Source: Paraspadella gotoi (lineage: Eukaryota > Animalia > Chaetognatha). From it: a stretch of DNA of 64,000 nt. The notes beneath the pieces are model-generated. The model had not been told where the DNA came from. It made no database searches and saw only the letters and a list, made by a program, of their open reading frames with translations. This document shows, in pieces, positions 61,812-64,000 of this stretch. Position 1 is the stretch's first letter. Each line of letters begins with the position of its first letter. Made by a program: the position numbers and the translations under genes. The DNA lies in assembly GCA_051294375.1 (NCBI GenBank), contig CM119264.1:20612248-20676247 (forward strand), read 5' to 3'.

Positions 61812-62101
61812 AATCATATTCATCCGCGTCGGAAAAACTATAAAAAAACTGAACGGAGCAATACTACTTATTTAAAAGAATAAATTATAAAAAAACAAAG
61901 AACTAGTATCGGAATAATTTTTTTTCGGATATACCGACGTATGGAGTATGATATTCTGAATCATATTCATCCGCGTCGGAAAAACTAGAAAAAAACCGAA
62001 CGGAGCAATACTACTTATTTAAAAGAATAAATTATAAAAAAACAAAGAACTAGTATCGGAATAATTTTTTTTCGGACATACCGACTTATGGAGTATGATA
62101 T
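61812..62101. repeat. Tandem dimer of a ~147-bp unit with imperfect terminal inverted repeats
   Basis: ATCATATTCATCCGCGTCGG...CCGACGTATGGAGTATGAT repeated at ~61812-61952 and ~61959-62101. Confidence 0.75.
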
Positions 62102-62860
62102 TTGAGTTTTCCGGAAAGCGGGATCATAACGAAGGACATTTGGATAGAGTAAAAGGTGAATATTGAGATTTGAAATAAGGGAAGTTGGGGTGTTCAAATC
62201 GTTAAAAGTTAAAAAAAAGTGGAAACGTATTGAGAAAAAAATGTTGTGCTTTGAAACTGGGATGAAGAAAGAAAAAGACTGAAAGAGTGGAGTCAGGTGG
62301 TAGTCTCCAAATTAGCAACTTTAAACATTTTTGGGATTTTTGGGATAGTGTAAAGTGAGAAAGAAAAACTGCAAGGGGAAGGTGGATATGGGTCAAGGAG
62401 CAAGGGAAGAGAAAAAGAAAGTAAGTTTAAAAAAAAAGGAAGACGCGAAGCCTTAAAGAGATGAAAAGGATTTGAAAAAGAAATAGGAGGAAACAGAGGG
62501 GAATTATGAGGGGATTGGAAATAGAATAGAAGGGGATAGATAAGAATTGAAATGTATGAGGGGTGGAAGACGAAGTTAGGGTCAAGGAAAAAAAATAGAG
62601 TTGAAAAAAAAATAGCAAAATATTTTCGTTTGGTTTGGCATGCCTTGATAATGACGAAACTTAGAAAATATAACAATGCCCTGATTTTCTGTATCAAGAT
62701 GAAAGCAAAATCGGAATTTTTTTTTAACATGAAAAGTTGTAAACTTGATCGTGGAAAAGGGAGAAGTGGCGATATTGCACAGATATTGGGAAAATTAGAA
62801 AGACAAACGGGAAAAAAGAAACGCATCATGGATAGAATGTGACAGGAAGCCAAATCGAAA
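62100..62860 (-). mobile_element. Highly decayed non-LTR retrotransposon-like remnant
   Basis: Strong strand bias, a long broken pyrimidine-rich ORF (62293-62925) and a degraded ET..H knuckle-like segment. Assignment is tentative. Confidence 0.25.
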
Positions 62861-64000
62861 TACAAAGCGAGAGAAAGAAAAAAAGGAGTCGAGGGGCAGG
62901 AGGGAAGAGGAGGAGGGGGCGTCAAAACTGTGTTTTTCTTGGCTGAACCAAGAGGAAAAAAGTCGCGAACCCGAAGGCGACGGATGTCGGGTTTTATTCA
63001 AAAGACCCTGAGTTGTAAAAGAGAAGACATGCGTCTCCTTTAACAGCTTGCACGCATGGAAGAGCGCGCCAATTCAGTGCAATCAATAAAGTGTGCGAAA
63101 GTAGTGAGTCAGTGAGAAGGATGAGAGTTCGTGAATACTAAGTTTTTTAAATGGAAGAGCGAGTCTAAAAGTCTTATGTTCACAAAAAAAAGTTATTGCG
63201 ACTTTTTCACAAAACTTCATTAAACGAAACGGTAAAACGAAACGCGCTGCCAAAGAAGTTAGGAGGTTACAGACCAGACCATACTAAAACAGAAAGACCC
63301 TGTGCGCCAGTGGCGTCAGTGGCCCTTGATTACCTACGCAAACCTCGATGACGCTCGCGTCAATGCGTGCAAAAAAATTTTTACGCATCTATGCGCTTGA
63401 TCGTTATTTACGTACGTTATGTACGTTATGTACTCAATACTCAAGCATATGTTAGACGTCCAACGTGAAGGTGGTAATCTTTCTCGAATTTGTGCTGTTT
63501 TTACTTTATACAAGTGGTGACACTCTCAACCAGGGTCTTCAATCGGGGCCCAGTGGACCATTCTTGTTGTTTTCGCTTCTCTTTGAAAACAATACTCATA
63601 GAGTTGTAAGTATTCGATGCCTACATTTTCGGCTGAACTGGCATATTCACATTAGTCTTTAGCGTTTTAGAGGGCGTCGTCAGAACATTCAGCTTCGTCG
63701 GGGTCGTCTGCGTCGTCGTCAGCATTCTAAGCGGCATTGGCGTTGACGTCGTCGTTCCCTATGTCGGCGGCGGAATCATCGGCGGAATCGACAAAGGGAT
63801 TTTTCTGTTTACCGGTCGCGATTGTTAGAATTTAGATGCGACGCCGCCGTTCCTTTATTTTGGGCGGGGAGAGGGGGCGGGTGGTTAAAAACTGAGGGGT
63901 GTGGGCGACAGAATTCAGGGGAGAGAGAGATTTGTGTTATGGGCGGAGATACTAGGAATGAACAGGATGAAGGTTGACGAATTGTCGGAAATATAGAAAA

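Noticed and set aside
63440-63810. Asp/Ala-rich minus-strand frame with several in-frame stops (recoding?)
   Set aside because: All three stop types occur and real genes here use the standard code; more likely decayed or low-complexity sequence.

Overview
This is eukaryotic (metazoan) genomic DNA, not prokaryotic: AT-rich, many (AG)n/(GAC)n microsatellites, short GT-AG introns and two 10-N gaps. Most ORF-track entries are artefacts, so I assembled genes by hand from splice sites and phases. Genes: (1) TSPN/LamG exons of a multiplexin (collagen XV/XVIII, - strand, running off the left edge), with a probable signal-peptide exon about 16 kb upstream; (2) an unrecognised gene of about 15 exons and 504 aa lying in that interval on the same strand; (3) a tight, co-oriented trio of mitochondrial genes, VDAC, ATP synthase subunit g and PGAM5, with 383 and 364 nt spacers, which looks like a trans-spliced operon; (4) an 11-exon fukutin-family gene. 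Repeats include four Penelope-type minimal hammerhead ribozyme motifs (two in a ~600 bp palindrome), several MITE and Helentron-like families, tRNA-derived SINEs, a frameshifted gypsy-type gag, LINE remnants and a TIR-bounded element carrying unexplained ORF cargo. All homology calls come from motif recognition; no searches were run.
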